Made by a program: the position numbers and the translations under genes. A model generated the notes under the pieces. It saw nothing but the letters and a program-made list of their open reading frames with translations. It was not told where the DNA came from and searched no databases. Below are positions 63,579 through 64,000 of a DNA stretch of 64,000 nt, one piece after another; positions within the stretch are counted from its first letter, which is position 1; each line of letters opens with the position of its first letter. Origin of the DNA: Macrostomum lignano (Eukaryota); contig NIVC01001110.1 of the NCBI GenBank assembly GCA_002269645.1, positions 75,919 to 139,918 on the forward strand. The letters are read 5' to 3'.

Positions 63579-64000
63579 AAGACACAAACAGAGGAAATGA
63601 GGCAGAGAGAACTGCCAAGGCTCAGCTGCTCGGAATGATGCAGCTAGCTGCAGTCTGCTCTGCATTCCCTATTCCTAAAATCTTGTTTCCAAGCGCAGTG
63701 CCTCAGTCGCGGATGGGGCGGGTGTCCGAAGCAGGCAAAATCTGATTGACTGTTGCAGACTTTCTTCTCGCTCGCAGCAACTCTCTCCCGCATTACGCAA
63801 CCGCCGCTTCGGCCCGAAGTTGCCCGAGCGGCTGTTTCAGCTGAAAGTCAGCAACTGCAACTCTGCAGACTCTGCAACTTAACTGTTTCTTGGCCAGCAC
63901 AGCCTTACTAGAAGCAGAAGAAGCAATTGGCGCACCGGAGAACAGCTGCGCGAGTGGGCTTGGTGGTGAAGTGGCAAGTGGCTCAAATGCTGCGACTTGC

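Overview
Eukaryotic, repeat-rich animal genomic DNA. GC-rich Ala/Gln-rich exons, minisatellite-filled introns and (CTGT)n/(GATA)n tracts suggest a flatworm such as Macrostomum (inference only). All host genes I could reconstruct by hand are on the + strand: (1) the 3' end of a divergent rhodopsin-class GPCR (1-360); (2) a 5-exon cyclin T (4781-24370, 508 aa); (3) an orphan multi-pass membrane-protein exon (31002-31529); (4) a 9-exon DHX9/RNA helicase A (33272-47122, 1326 aa); (5) a 2-exon Src42A/FRK-like kinase (57526-61225) with an apparent 1-nt frameshift and a Cys where the inhibitory tail Tyr should be. The 15.5-kb first intron of cyclin T holds three things: an intact Mutator-like element (TIRs, 8-bp TSD) whose spliced transposase has an N-terminal PHD finger; a head-to-tail dimer of non-autonomous Helitrons carrying 23-bp and 18-bp satellites; and a MITE-interrupted older Helitron copy. 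An intact piggyBac (TTAA TSD) sits 40 bp after the cyclin T stop codon. A reverse-oriented Helitron-family copy contains a 4.2-kb (GATA)n tract. A tRNA-derived CORE-SINE and LINE remnants are also present. Most long ORFs in the supplied track are translation artefacts of tandem repeats.
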